A stretch of 45,706 nucleotides of DNA from a virus, in UHGV virus genome UHGV-1374573; one strand, given 5' to 3'. The translations under genes and the position numbers were made by a program. The notes under the pieces are model-generated. The model was not told where the DNA came from. It saw nothing but the letters and a program-made list of their open reading frames with translations, and ran no database searches. Shown here piece after piece: positions 36,322 through 45,046 of this stretch; position 1 is the stretch's first letter, and each line of letters starts with the position of its first letter.

Positions 36322-36724
36322 CCTTCATCTTCTCCTTCTTACGTTTTTTGCGTACCTTGATTAGTTCTTCATACGTTATCCACTCTTGACCTGTGTATTT
36401 AGGCGCTTTACATATCCACGTGAGTGGTACTTCTCTGTTTTGATATCTAAATATCTTTGATTTTATTTTGGCTTCTGGAGTAGGCATACCTTTTACATCT
36501 ATCACTTCGATTAGCTTGCCATCTTTCCATAAAGCAAAATCTGCTACATAGTTAATAGATCTGAAATTTTCAAATTTAGGTTGTAATTCGTACTTAGGTT
36601 GCAACTCTATATGGTCATATCCCTTACCTAAGTTACGTTCTAAATATTGGTAGTAGTCGCATTCAATTTTGCTATCGAACACAAAACCTTTATATTCAAC
36701 TTTCTTAGCATTGTATTTACTCAA
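36308..36724 (-). CDS. DUF1064-like protein (putative PD-(D/E)xK nuclease or resolvase fold)
   Basis: 138 aa containing ECDYYQYLE ... YVADFALWKDG ... IEVIDVKG. Confidence 0.5.
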   Translation of the reverse strand: MSKYNAKKVEYKGFVFDSKIECDYYQYLERNLGKGYDHIELQPKYELQPKFENFRSINYVADFALWKDGKLIEVIDVKGMPTPEAKIKSKIFRYQNREVPLTWICKAPKYTGQEWITYEELIKVRKKRKKEKMKDGKD

Positions 36725-36733
36725 AGTTCCACC

Positions 36734-37003
36734 TCAAAATAATAATTCGTTAATTGTCATTTGCTGTTGCAGTTCTTCTTTTCTGAAAAGCTTATGTTTG
36801 CGTTTCAGTTTTTCTAGTTCATCTTTCGTTACTGTTCCTGAGAATGTGTTTCTAAAGTGTATGCCTGCATAGTTACCTAGTTTGAATGTATCTTCTCCTA
36901 ACGGCGTTACACTGCACATCTTCCAACCGTCAATCTGATATAACGTGTATTGCTTTTTAAGTCCGTCGATAAGTCCCATCTGGTTGCCTCCACTTCGTTT
37001 CAT
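36734..37003 (-). CDS. Hypothetical protein
   Basis: 89-aa ORF. Confidence 0.4.
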   Translation of the reverse strand: MKRSGGNQMGLIDGLKKQYTLYQIDGWKMCSVTPLGEDTFKLGNYAGIHFRNTFSGTVTKDELEKLKRKHKLFRKEELQQQMTINELLF

Positions 37004-37178
37004 TCATGATTAACTCCTGAACTTTTTCATATTCGTCAAATGGTGATATCGTTTTGTTTTCTAACAAACGTTTAACTGCCCAGCCTGACTCAATAAGCGT
37101 CTTAGCTATTAATGGGTCGTTTTGATAATCTTCTCGATACATAACGCCTAACAACTTTTGATATTCAACTACTTTCAT
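36957..37178 (-). CDS. Hypothetical protein
   Basis: 73-aa ORF. Confidence 0.4.
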   Translation of the reverse strand: MKVVEYQKLLGVMYREDYQNDPLIAKTLIESGWAVKRLLENKTISPFDEYEKVQELIMNETKWRQPDGTYRRT

Positions 37179-38416
37179 GTGAAGAACCTCTGCGTTTTCT
37201 TGTAGTACTCAAACTCAACTACACCTGTTTCTCCGTCTTTATTTTTTGCGATGTTACATTCAACAATTGACTTGCCTGAGTCATCAACATCATCACGGTT
37301 GTAGTAATCATCTCGATATAACAACATAGCTAAACTTGCATCTGCTTCAATTCCACCTGCTTCTTTCATGTCAGATAGCATAGGTCTTTTGTCATTTCTT
37401 GTTTCTACACCTCTGCTCAATTGAGATAGCAACACAATAATTGCACCTGTTTCATTTGCAATAATCTTCAAATCTCGCGATATCTTTTCGATACCATTAC
37501 GACGATCTAACTTACTGTCTGTCTGCATAAGTTGTAAGTAGTCAATGAAGATAACCTGTTGCACATCTTTGTTCTTCATCGCTTGTTTACGTACATCATG
37601 TGTAGTAATATTGCTTTTATCGTGTATATCTATATCAAGTTTGAGTATTCTGTCTGCTGCAGTTGTTAAACGTGTTAATTCATCCGGTTCTAAATCTTTA
37701 ATTTCTTTGATACGAGTTAGTTCTATCCCAGTTTCTGCTGATAACATCCTTTTCAATACAGACACGCCAGTTGTCTCTAGACTGAAGAATGAAGTTTTAT
37801 AGCCTTGAGACGCTATATTAAGCATCATATTAAGCGCAAACCCCGTTTTACCTACTGACGGTCTCGCAGCGATTACAATCAACTGTGTAGGTTCTAAACC
37901 ACCTATTTTGTAATCCACCAGTTTATAACCTGTATTGATTTTTTGTTTTGGTTCTTCGCTATATAATTCTTCGACAAAGTGATCTACAATTTTTTTAGTC
38001 CCACTTTCTTCACTTGCACTAATTAAACTGACCTTTTGTAGTTTGTTAAGCATTTCATCAAAATTTTGTATATTCGGATCAGAATTGAATTCTTGTAATA
38101 CGTTTTGCGTACGCTCTATTTGATAAAGATTGAGCAAATCTTGTTGGTATCTTTCAAAGAATCCGTAACCTATAAATTTTGAGTTATACAAATTTGAAAT
38201 GGTGTCCATATCTAGGAATGACTTATCTTTTGTGGTTTTTAAATAGATTTCGTTATGATCTACCTTACCGACTTCGAATACATATTCCATAAATGACTTC
38301 ATACCATCATGTGAGAACATTTCCGGTCTCACACGTAACTTCTCAATTATGTCCGGTTTTTGAAGTAAACTAGCAACGATTGTACTTTCGATTTCATGAC
38401 GTTCATTCATCGTCAC
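37175..38416 (-). CDS. DnaB-family replicative helicase
   Basis: 413 aa. Walker A IAARPSVGKTGFALN. RecA-like C-terminal domain. Confidence 0.85.
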   Translation of the reverse strand: MTMNERHEIESTIVASLLQKPDIIEKLRVRPEMFSHDGMKSFMEYVFEVGKVDHNEIYLKTTKDKSFLDMDTISNLYNSKFIGYGFFERYQQDLLNLYQIERTQNVLQEFNSDPNIQNFDEMLNKLQKVSLISASEESGTKKIVDHFVEELYSEEPKQKINTGYKLVDYKIGGLEPTQLIVIAARPSVGKTGFALNMMLNIASQGYKTSFFSLETTGVSVLKRMLSAETGIELTRIKEIKDLEPDELTRLTTAADRILKLDIDIHDKSNITTHDVRKQAMKNKDVQQVIFIDYLQLMQTDSKLDRRNGIEKISRDLKIIANETGAIIVLLSQLSRGVETRNDKRPMLSDMKEAGGIEADASLAMLLYRDDYYNRDDVDDSGKSIVECNIAKNKDGETGVVEFEYYKKTQRFFT

Positions 38417-38762
38417 TCACTCCAAACTCACTTAACTTCTTTCTGAAGTCGTCTAATATCTTTTTACGTTGTGCTACGTATTCTGGATCATTTTTCATTC
38501 TCCAACGATGTCTAGCAGTTTTTTCGTCGACAGGTTCTTCTTTTACGACTTTGACTTCTTTCCTCATTATGTTTGGAATACTAGGTGGATAAGGATTAGC
38601 ATCATTGATATATTGCATTACTGTTTTTTTAGTCGGTTCATAATCCCCGTTTTGGCTCAAAATGTTAACCCATGTTTCTAATTTAGGTCTGTCAAAGTCA
38701 ATGTTGTATACATGTCTAATTGTCTTAATTACTTCTAGGGCTTGTTGTTTAGTCATAGGCAT
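38403..38762 (-). CDS. Hypothetical replication-module protein
   Basis: 119-aa ORF between the DnaD-like gene and the helicase gene. Confidence 0.45.
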   Translation of the reverse strand: MPMTKQQALEVIKTIRHVYNIDFDRPKLETWVNILSQNGDYEPTKKTVMQYINDANPYPPSIPNIMRKEVKVVKEEPVDEKTARHRWRMKNDPEYVAQRKKILDDFRKKLSEFGVSDDE

Positions 38763-39562
38763 TAACTTTCATCTCCTAGCTCTTTCTCCATTTGAGCAAT
38801 TACATCATCTGTTACAGATTTTTTATTTTTAGGTTTAATTTTATTTTCAGCCTCTTTTTTATTCTTAACGTTCTCTTTAGCCCAGTTGTTTAACACTTTG
38901 ATTAGGTAACCTGCATGACAACCTTTGTCTTTTGTATAATTAGTAGCTACCTCAACAACTTCATCTGCATGTTCCCCAATATCATCAACTGCATATCCTA
39001 TCTGTTCCATCTGATGAGGAGTTAAGTTATTATCAAGGTTATTCATGATGTAATTAATTGAATTTTTAAAGACGTCGTCACTTCTATCTTCTTTATTCTT
39101 TTTCTTATTCTTATATTCTTCTTCTAATTCTTCTTCTGTATCGTTACGTAACGTTACTGTAACGTTATTCTCTAGTTGTTTTTGTCTTTCTCTATATCTT
39201 TGTTGTCGAAGTCGGTTCTTTTCTCTGTGCTTACTTTTACTATCTAAGCTTTGATGTTTTTCCCAATTAGTTACTTTAAAGACACCATTCACTTCTTCAA
39301 TCATGCTTAGCTTTTCGAATGTTTGTAACGCTAATCTTATTGAATTGATAGGTCTATTAAATTCGTTAGCTAACATTTCTTCGTTATAGGGTAGACTTTC
39401 GGATAACATAATGTATCCTTGTTCGTTGTACTTTCCAGCTAATGTCAGTAACTTAACCCATAAAGTGATGATTGTATCTCGTTCTGGCAATGCTTCTATA
39501 TACTTGATTTTGCTATCATCGAACATTCCGACTTTTAATTTAATCCACGATACTTCTGCCAT
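38762..39562 (-). CDS. Phage replisome organiser (N-terminal phage_rep_org domain plus DnaD-like C-terminal domain)
   Basis: 266-aa ORF upstream of the helicase. Charged linker. Confidence 0.65.
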   Translation of the reverse strand: MAEVSWIKLKVGMFDDSKIKYIEALPERDTIITLWVKLLTLAGKYNEQGYIMLSESLPYNEEMLANEFNRPINSIRLALQTFEKLSMIEEVNGVFKVTNWEKHQSLDSKSKHREKNRLRQQRYRERQKQLENNVTVTLRNDTEEELEEEYKNKKKNKEDRSDDVFKNSINYIMNNLDNNLTPHQMEQIGYAVDDIGEHADEVVEVATNYTKDKGCHAGYLIKVLNNWAKENVKNKKEAENKIKPKNKKSVTDDVIAQMEKELGDES

Positions 39563-40229
39563 TTACTTCTCCTTTCAACATTCGGTTGAGCCGTTCATCT
39601 ACGGACACCCAACTGTCATGTAATTTGTATTTCTCATTAAAACTGTCCATTCCTATTTGGTGCTGCTCTTTATGATGTCTTGAACATAGCGCTAATACTT
39701 TGTTGTCTGTGTGATCTATCTTTCGTCTGTTACGTCCTCGACCTACTGCGTGATAATGTGCAAGTTCGGCACGTGGTGTTCCGCATATTACACAGTTACG
39801 ATTGACTGTTGACCAGTAAAGGAACGCTTTATCATTTTTGAGTAAGTCACTCGTCTTATAATTAAGTGGTATATTGTTGTGAAACACCCAGTCGAGAATA
39901 ACTTCTATAACTTGTTTAGCTTGTTCTCTAGTGCAGTCGCTCAATGAGAGGCGTTTTTCATAGCCGTAGAGGACTTCTACATAATCCATGAATAAATACC
40001 TCATATAGTCACGGGGCTGGCCTGTATATGCTTCTATGTCGTTACAGAGAGCAAACACTTTTCTGCGTTGCTTATCTGTAATCTTGAATGGATCAATTAC
40101 CCTTACATCCACTTCAACTTCGTAACCATTGTCTAAAAGTAAAGATGTTTTGTTATCTAGTTCTACTCCCTTGATGACTACAGTTGTTGTGCCATCATCT
40201 TCTGTAATGTAGTTTTTTATTACTACCAT
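39540..40229 (-). CDS. HNH-motif nuclease-like protein
   Basis: 229 aa. CVICGTPRAELAHYHAVGRGRNRRKIDHTDNKVLALCSRHH contains Cys/His HNH-type ligands. Confidence 0.5.
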   Translation of the reverse strand: MVVIKNYITEDDGTTTVVIKGVELDNKTSLLLDNGYEVEVDVRVIDPFKITDKQRRKVFALCNDIEAYTGQPRDYMRYLFMDYVEVLYGYEKRLSLSDCTREQAKQVIEVILDWVFHNNIPLNYKTSDLLKNDKAFLYWSTVNRNCVICGTPRAELAHYHAVGRGRNRRKIDHTDNKVLALCSRHHKEQHQIGMDSFNEKYKLHDSWVSVDERLNRMLKGEVNGRSIVD

Positions 40230-40242
40230 CTAATCAGTCCAA

Positions 40243-40656
40243 TCAGAACGGTAATTCTGAATTATCTATGTCTGTGCCGTTAGCAAACGGGTTATTGCCT
40301 GCTGGTGCTTGTCTTCTTTGTTGTTGAAATTGACTATTTTGTTGATTACTACCTTTGCTATCTAAAAATTCAATTCTGTTAGCAATTACTCGTACTACTG
40401 AACGATTGTGTCCTTCTTTATCTTGGAAACGGTCTTGCTTCAAGTTGCCTTCGATTAAAACTTTGCTTCCCTTACCGCAATAGTCGTTTAATAGTTGTGC
40501 AGTTTTGCCAAACGCTACGATGTCAAAGAATGATGTGTCATCTTTTTTGAATGGATTGTCCACTGCCATAGAGAAGTTAGTTACTTGTGTTTGTCCTGCT
40601 TGTTTAAGTTCTAAATCTTTAGTGATACGTCCTGTCAAAATTGTTAAGTTAGTCAT
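40243..40656 (-). CDS. ssb: Single-stranded DNA-binding protein
   Basis: 137 aa. OB-fold N-terminus, Gln-rich linker and an acidic C-terminal tip ending ...SELPF. Confidence 0.85.
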   Translation of the reverse strand: MTNLTILTGRITKDLELKQAGQTQVTNFSMAVDNPFKKDDTSFFDIVAFGKTAQLLNDYCGKGSKVLIEGNLKQDRFQDKEGHNRSVVRVIANRIEFLDSKGSNQQNSQFQQQRRQAPAGNNPFANGTDIDNSELPF

Positions 40657-41342
40657 TATTTCGCCTCCGTATATTTTTTAGCCATTGTTTGAATTTTGTT
40701 GATTGTATTGATTGCTTGTTGTTCTGACATTGACGAATAGTTTTGTATGCCAAAAGTTTGTTCTGCTTGTTGTTGAGATACTTCTTTTCCTAACGATTTC
40801 ATCAAGTCGACAAATTTAAGTATTTCTTCTTTTAGAATGCCGACTGTTTGACTACTTACTTTGTTGTACTTTTCTTGCTTTTGTTTTGCGTCTGCGTCAT
40901 CTTCATCAGTTGGGATATTGAAGAATTTCATTAAGAAATAACGTTCTGCGTACGTTAATGCCGTACCATGTGCTTTCGATACATCATCTTGTTGACCTAC
41001 AGAATAAAAGTTCACTTCAAGTTGTTCTTCTGGTTTATCTGCATTGATCCATAAATAAGTTAATTTCATCTCAACAACAAACTCTGATGTTGTAACTTCT
41101 CGAGACGCTTTTTTGTTAAATCTAGTAACCTCGATTTGCTTGTAGTTTTCATCTGATGTTTTTGGTACGAGTAATAGATTATGTTCAATCATCTTGTTTC
41201 TAATTCTGTGTAATACTTGAGATCCACTTACGTAACTGTAGTTGTAGCCTTTAGTGTCTTTCGTAAACCCTTCGATATTAGCTTTAACGTCAGCTATTTT
41301 TTGGTATAAATTAAGTTCTTCAGTCATACTCAACCTCCTCAA
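40656..41342 (-). CDS. ERF-family single-strand annealing recombinase
   Basis: 228-aa ORF adjacent to ssb, with the conserved ERF core region. Confidence 0.7.
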   Translation of the reverse strand: MRRLSMTEELNLYQKIADVKANIEGFTKDTKGYNYSYVSGSQVLHRIRNKMIEHNLLLVPKTSDENYKQIEVTRFNKKASREVTTSEFVVEMKLTYLWINADKPEEQLEVNFYSVGQQDDVSKAHGTALTYAERYFLMKFFNIPTDEDDADAKQKQEKYNKVSSQTVGILKEEILKFVDLMKSLGKEVSQQQAEQTFGIQNYSSMSEQQAINTINKIQTMAKKYTEAK

Positions 41343-41553
41343 ATTTAGTTGTTTCAGTTACCGTCTTTTTAATTGCTATGTGTTTTGTCATGTCAATAAC
41401 AGTTTTATCTAAACCGTCAAAATCTTTAGCATCTCCACTACTTGTTGAATATTTGATTGTAGGAAAGTTCGCACTAGGTTTATTAGTGATATACAAGTCA
41501 AAAGGAGCGTCTTTCAGTTTAATTAGATATGTCACTGTTTCTTTCAATCCCAA
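41320..41553 (-). CDS. Hypothetical protein
   Basis: 77-aa ORF. Confidence 0.4.
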   Translation of the reverse strand: MGLKETVTYLIKLKDAPFDLYITNKPSANFPTIKYSTSSGDAKDFDGLDKTVIDMTKHIAIKKTVTETTKFEEVEYD

Positions 41554-41794
41554 TCACTCTTTTACGCAATATATCTATTGTTCTATCCATGACTTTGATT
41601 GTTTCGTTTTGTGTTTCGCATGATTCTATAGCTTTTCTGAAATCTTTTCTAAGTTCAAAATATCTATCGCACATATCTTCGTAACGTTTATTTAAATAAT
41701 CGTAATCGCTTTGCAAGAAATCTAAATCTGTTTGGCTCTTGATTAGTTGAGAGTATTCTTCTCTAGTCATCTTGACTGTGATTAACTCTTGCAT
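41519..41794 (-). CDS. Hypothetical protein
   Basis: 91-aa ORF. Confidence 0.45.
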   Translation of the reverse strand: MQELITVKMTREEYSQLIKSQTDLDFLQSDYDYLNKRYEDMCDRYFELRKDFRKAIESCETQNETIKVMDRTIDILRKRVIGIERNSDISN

Positions 41795-41848
41795 TTTCTC
41801 TCCTCCACTTGTATATTTAAGTTGTATATTTTAGTTAGTGTTTGACTG

Positions 41849-42025
41849 TTACTTGTTGGCGCAAGTTTCAGTCTTTTTTGTTATCTCAAGCCACTTCTCC
41901 CAGAAGAAACTGCTGAAAATAAGGGTTAACATTGAAAATGCTATTACCGTAAAGAAACCACCTCCTAAAAGTAATGTGATAATCATTGCGATAAACATCG
42001 TCATGTAGCTTAATAGATATTTCAT
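41849..42025 (-). CDS. Small membrane protein (58 aa, two TM segments). Not in the ORF track
   Basis: rc translation: MKYLLSYMTMFIAMIITLLLGGGFFTVIAFSMLTLIFSSFFWEKWLEITKKTETCANK. AGGAGAGG RBS upstream. Confidence 0.4.
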   Translation of the reverse strand: MKYLLSYMTMFIAMIITLLLGGGFFTVIAFSMLTLIFSSFFWEKWLEITKKTETCANK

Positions 42026-42090
42026 TTATCATCCTCTCCTTTCATTTCTAAAAATTTTTCGATATATCCTCTTTCTTCGGTAAACCTCCT

Positions 42091-42309
42091 CTAAAGTGCC
42101 GTTTCTGGCACCATTAAATTTTGTTCTATAAAGTCAATTGCCGGTCTAATCTTGATGTAGCGTTTATGATTCTTGCCAAATCTGTACATACATTTCTCTT
42201 GGAACTCTTTATTGCTATAAACGTGCTTTTCTAAATCGTTTTTAGAAATTCCACTTATTTTCACAAACTCGATAGCGTCCGCAAATCCAATGTATTCCAT
42301 TGCTATCAC
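42091..42309 (-). CDS. Hypothetical protein
   Basis: 72-aa ORF. Confidence 0.45.
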   Translation of the reverse strand: MIAMEYIGFADAIEFVKISGISKNDLEKHVYSNKEFQEKCMYRFGKNHKRYIKIRPAIDFIEQNLMVPETAL

Positions 42310-42312
42310 TCC

Positions 42313-43029
42313 TTATACTTCGTTTTCAAAGTCCATTTCTAATTGTTTGATGACATACATTGTTGATTGAGATGGAAACCAATTTGTGATCATATTCATT
42401 ACGTCATCGAAATGTTTTTGTTTTAATTGTGTTCTTGTTTTAATACCAGCCATCGTATTTACGTTACTGTTAATATCTCTATATAAAGGTTTGTTAACTT
42501 CTTTATTATTAGGTAGTCCGTGAATTTGTCTGATATAAGCAACGCGTTGATGAACTGTTTTTGTTATCAATCCGTATTCTCCTGCATCTAGCTTTTGATT
42601 TTCTTTGATATCAATAACATCTGCTTTCACTGTTGCAATTTCTTCTTTAGTTTGTTCCGTTGCTTCAAACATCAGTTTTAATGCTTGCATTGGATCATTA
42701 GGTATTTGATAAGTTCCAGTTTTTCTTAATGTAGGTAAAACTTCTGATGTTACCCAGCGTTTGAAACGTTTAGCTGATTCTAATTTTGATGAAAATATTA
42801 AGCTGTATAATCCTGATTCGTTGATAATAGTTTGACTTTGTTTACCACCAAGGGTGTCGAGTTTCACGACGTCCTTATCTTCACCGTCAACGTGTCTATA
42901 TAATGCGTCTCTCGTGTTTGAGTAGCCCAAGATTTCCGCTACATCTTTACCGACGAAAAATGGTTCCTCATTTACTGTTAACGTCCTTACTGGTAATTCT
43001 TCAAAATTGAAAATTTGTAAATCTTGCAT
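42313..43029 (-). CDS. Phage antirepressor (Bro-N domain plus KilA-C/ORF6C-like C-terminal domain). Start re-called to the Met at 43029
   Basis: The conserved Bro-N block MQDLQIFNFEELPVRTLTVNEEPFFVGKDVAEILGY begins at the ATG at 43029, which has an AAAGGAGGAA RBS. The longer ORF in the track (to 43155) overlaps cro. Confidence 0.7.
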   Translation of the reverse strand: MQDLQIFNFEELPVRTLTVNEEPFFVGKDVAEILGYSNTRDALYRHVDGEDKDVVKLDTLGGKQSQTIINESGLYSLIFSSKLESAKRFKRWVTSEVLPTLRKTGTYQIPNDPMQALKLMFEATEQTKEEIATVKADVIDIKENQKLDAGEYGLITKTVHQRVAYIRQIHGLPNNKEVNKPLYRDINSNVNTMAGIKTRTQLKQKHFDDVMNMITNWFPSQSTMYVIKQLEMDFENEV

Positions 43030-43042
43030 TTGAATTCCTCCT

Positions 43043-43258
43043 TTAATTTGTTTGTCGTTCTTTTTCTTTTTCAAAAAGATATTCAATGTCATACTCTGGA
43101 AAATATTCATTTTTAATAAGTAATGCCTCTCCAAATTTAAAATCAGAAACACCATTTATCTTATCTGCTACCGTTTGGTATCTGACTTCTAATAAGTCTG
43201 CTAAATCAACCAGAGATACTTTTTTCTCTTTTCTAATATCGTTGAAATTCTTCAACAT
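43043..43258 (-). CDS. cro: Cro-like HTH_XRE regulator (71 aa). Start re-called to 43258
   Basis: MLKNFNDIRKEKKVSLVDLADLLEVRYQTVADKING... has an XRE helix-turn-helix. AGGAGGGG RBS 6 nt upstream. The 129-aa ORF in the track is an artefactual N-terminal extension running through the operator region. Confidence 0.7.
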   Translation of the reverse strand: MLKNFNDIRKEKKVSLVDLADLLEVRYQTVADKINGVSDFKFGEALLIKNEYFPEYDIEYLFEKEKERQTN

Positions 43259-43272
43259 AGTACCCCTCCTAA

Positions 43273-43286
43273 TACGAATTTTCGTA
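43273..43286. promoter_or_regulatory. Operator 1: palindrome TACGAATTTTCGTA
   Basis: Perfect 6+2+6 inverted repeat in the cro-cI intergenic region. Confidence 0.6.
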
Positions 43287-43336
43287 TTCCAAATTATAAT
43301 TTTTAGCAACCTTTCCGATTGCTTAACTAAAGTGTA

Positions 43337-43350
43337 TACGAATTTTCGTA
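43337..43350. promoter_or_regulatory. Operator 2: TACGAATTTTCGTA, identical to operator 1 and 64 bp away
   Basis: Identical 14-mer palindrome. Confidence 0.6.
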
Positions 43351-43393
43351 CTGAGTCAACACTAAAATTCGCATTTTTTATTTTTATTTTTAC

Positions 43394-43422
43394 TTGATAT
43401 ACGATTTTTCGCATGGTATTAT
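43394..43422 (+). promoter_or_regulatory. Sigma-A-type promoter reading toward cI (-35 TTGATA, 17-nt spacer, -10 TATTAT)
   Basis: Hexamers read from the sequence. Followed by a GAGGTAA RBS and the cI ATG at 43455. Confidence 0.5.
43400..43413. promoter_or_regulatory. Operator 3 (degenerate): TACGATTTTTCGCA, inside the spacer of the cI promoter
   Basis: 10 of 12 half-site positions match. Centre-to-centre spacing from operator 2 is 63 bp. Confidence 0.45.
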
Positions 43423-43454
43423 ATAGGTACAAATTAGAAATGAGGTAAACGAAA

Positions 43455-44066
43455 ATGACTAAAGAAAAAGATTTAAAACGACTTATGGAATTGAAATCTG
43501 GGAGTATAAAAGCTTTTTCAAAAGAAATTGGTTTAGCTTATACAACTGTTAGATCTATTTTAGAAAGAGGAGTATTTAATGCTAAGGTAGAAAATGTCAT
43601 CAAAATTTGTAAAGGGTTAAATATTAAACCAGAGGAAATTATGGATATCGAGCAACCTCAACTAGAAACCCTACCAGTCAAAAAGATTCCAGTTGTTTCA
43701 AAAATATCTGCAGGCTTACCTATCTATAGTGAAGAAAATTTAGTTGATTACATATACTTCGCTACTAAAAATCTTAATTCTGACAAAGAAGAATTTGGTT
43801 TGAGAGTGTCTGGCGATAGCATGGATAAAATTTTCCAAGAAAACGATGTAGTTGTAGTCGAAAAAGATTCTATAGTAGAAAATGGTCAGTTGGGCGTCGT
43901 TATGGTTAATGGTTATAACGCTACTGTTAAACGAGTTAGATATAACAAGAATCAAATTATCTTAATTCCAGAATCAAACAACCCAGAACATTTACCTCAA
44001 GTTTACGGAGAAGATGACGAAGTTAAAATAATTGGTAGAGTTGTAGCAAGTCAAAAACTGTTTTAA
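43455..44066 (+). CDS. cI: CI-like repressor (HTH_XRE plus S24 LexA-type peptidase domain)
   Basis: 203 aa. N-terminal HTH. C-terminal GDSM (catalytic Ser) and ...VKRV... (catalytic Lys). Divergent from cro across the operators. Confidence 0.85.
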   Translation: MTKEKDLKRLMELKSGSIKAFSKEIGLAYTTVRSILERGVFNAKVENVIKICKGLNIKPEEIMDIEQPQLETLPVKKIPVVSKISAGLPIYSEENLVDYIYFATKNLNSDKEEFGLRVSGDSMDKIFQENDVVVVEKDSIVENGQLGVVMVNGYNATVKRVRYNKNQIILIPESNNPEHLPQVYGEDDEVKIIGRVVASQKLF

Positions 44067-44121
44067 TAAGCGTCCTTTGTGGCGCTTTAATATAAATATT
44101 TATTCAGAGGAGAAATGTAAA

Positions 44122-45045
44122 ATGAAAAAAGTCTTATTTATTTTATTATCTTGTTTCTTAGTTTTAGCGGCATGTAGCAACAACAATAACGATTCAAAAA
44201 AGTCGACGTCCGTTGATGAAAACAAAGTACAATTCACTAATGATACTTTAGTCCTTGATCAAGCTGTTTTAAAAATAAAAGATACATTTTTAGTTAATGA
44301 TAAGGATTCGGATAATGGCAAGAAACTATTAGCTTTTAAATACGAAGTTAAAAGTAAAGACGGGGACGAACAAATCACACCAATGAATGTTTGGATATCG
44401 TCGATGGAGACTACACAAGATAGTGAAAATACTGAAAGTAAACTTGAAGTTGGTCCAACGCCTAATACTGGTAAATTCGAAGAATGGGACAAACACAACA
44501 ATGATGTAATTAAGAAAGGTAAAACTGCTAAAGGTATTATTACTTATGAATTAGAAAATGATAAGCAAGTGACACTTAAAGCTACTAAAGGCACAGAGGG
44601 TAAAAAACTGGGTACCAAGAAAATAAATATTAGTAAACTAAAGACCGTAGATTATTCTGCAGCAGATGATATTACAAACGATTCTGCTAGTAGTTCAAAA
44701 GAAGGCAATAAAGATGTTGCGAATAACGAATCAGAAAGCACATCTAAAAATGATAATGGCAAATCACAAGACAATAATGGTAATAATGAACGTACGCAAG
44801 GTAAGCAAGTGCAAACAGCACAAAGTAATAATCAGCAATCCGAACAACAAGACCCAAACTCTCCTAGTTACCAAGAATATTTAAATGCTAAAAAACTTAC
44901 AGAAAACATTCAAAATAATCCGGATAAATTTCAACATATAGGTGGTGGGCCTGGTATGGCATTATCTAGTCCTAACCAATCGTATGATAGTTTCAAACAA
45001 GACGTAACTAAAGCAAGAAATGAGTCACAAGCATTACAACAATAA
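44122..45045 (+). CDS. Prophage lipoprotein (lipobox LAAC|S, Ig-like/DUF4352-like domain, N/S/Q-rich low-complexity C-terminus). Start re-called to 44122
   Basis: MKKVLFILLSCFLVLAACSNN is a signal peptide with a lipobox. GAGGAG RBS. The track's start at 44077 adds a non-signal-peptide extension. Co-oriented with cI, between cI and int. Confidence 0.65.
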   Translation: MKKVLFILLSCFLVLAACSNNNNDSKKSTSVDENKVQFTNDTLVLDQAVLKIKDTFLVNDKDSDNGKKLLAFKYEVKSKDGDEQITPMNVWISSMETTQDSENTESKLEVGPTPNTGKFEEWDKHNNDVIKKGKTAKGIITYELENDKQVTLKATKGTEGKKLGTKKINISKLKTVDYSAADDITNDSASSSKEGNKDVANNESESTSKNDNGKSQDNNGNNERTQGKQVQTAQSNNQQSEQQDPNSPSYQEYLNAKKLTENIQNNPDKFQHIGGGPGMALSSPNQSYDSFKQDVTKARNESQALQQ

Positions 45046-45046
45046 T

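Noticed and set aside
43043-43432. 129-aa version of cro
   Set aside because: The N-terminal 58 codons run through the operator and promoter DNA and have no RBS. A strong AGGAGGGG RBS precedes the internal Met at 43258, which starts the XRE-HTH domain.
44077-44121. Upstream start (MWRFNINIYSEEKCK) for the lipoprotein
   Set aside because: This extension precedes the signal peptide and has no RBS. The GAGGAG-ATG at 44122 gives a canonical lipoprotein signal sequence.
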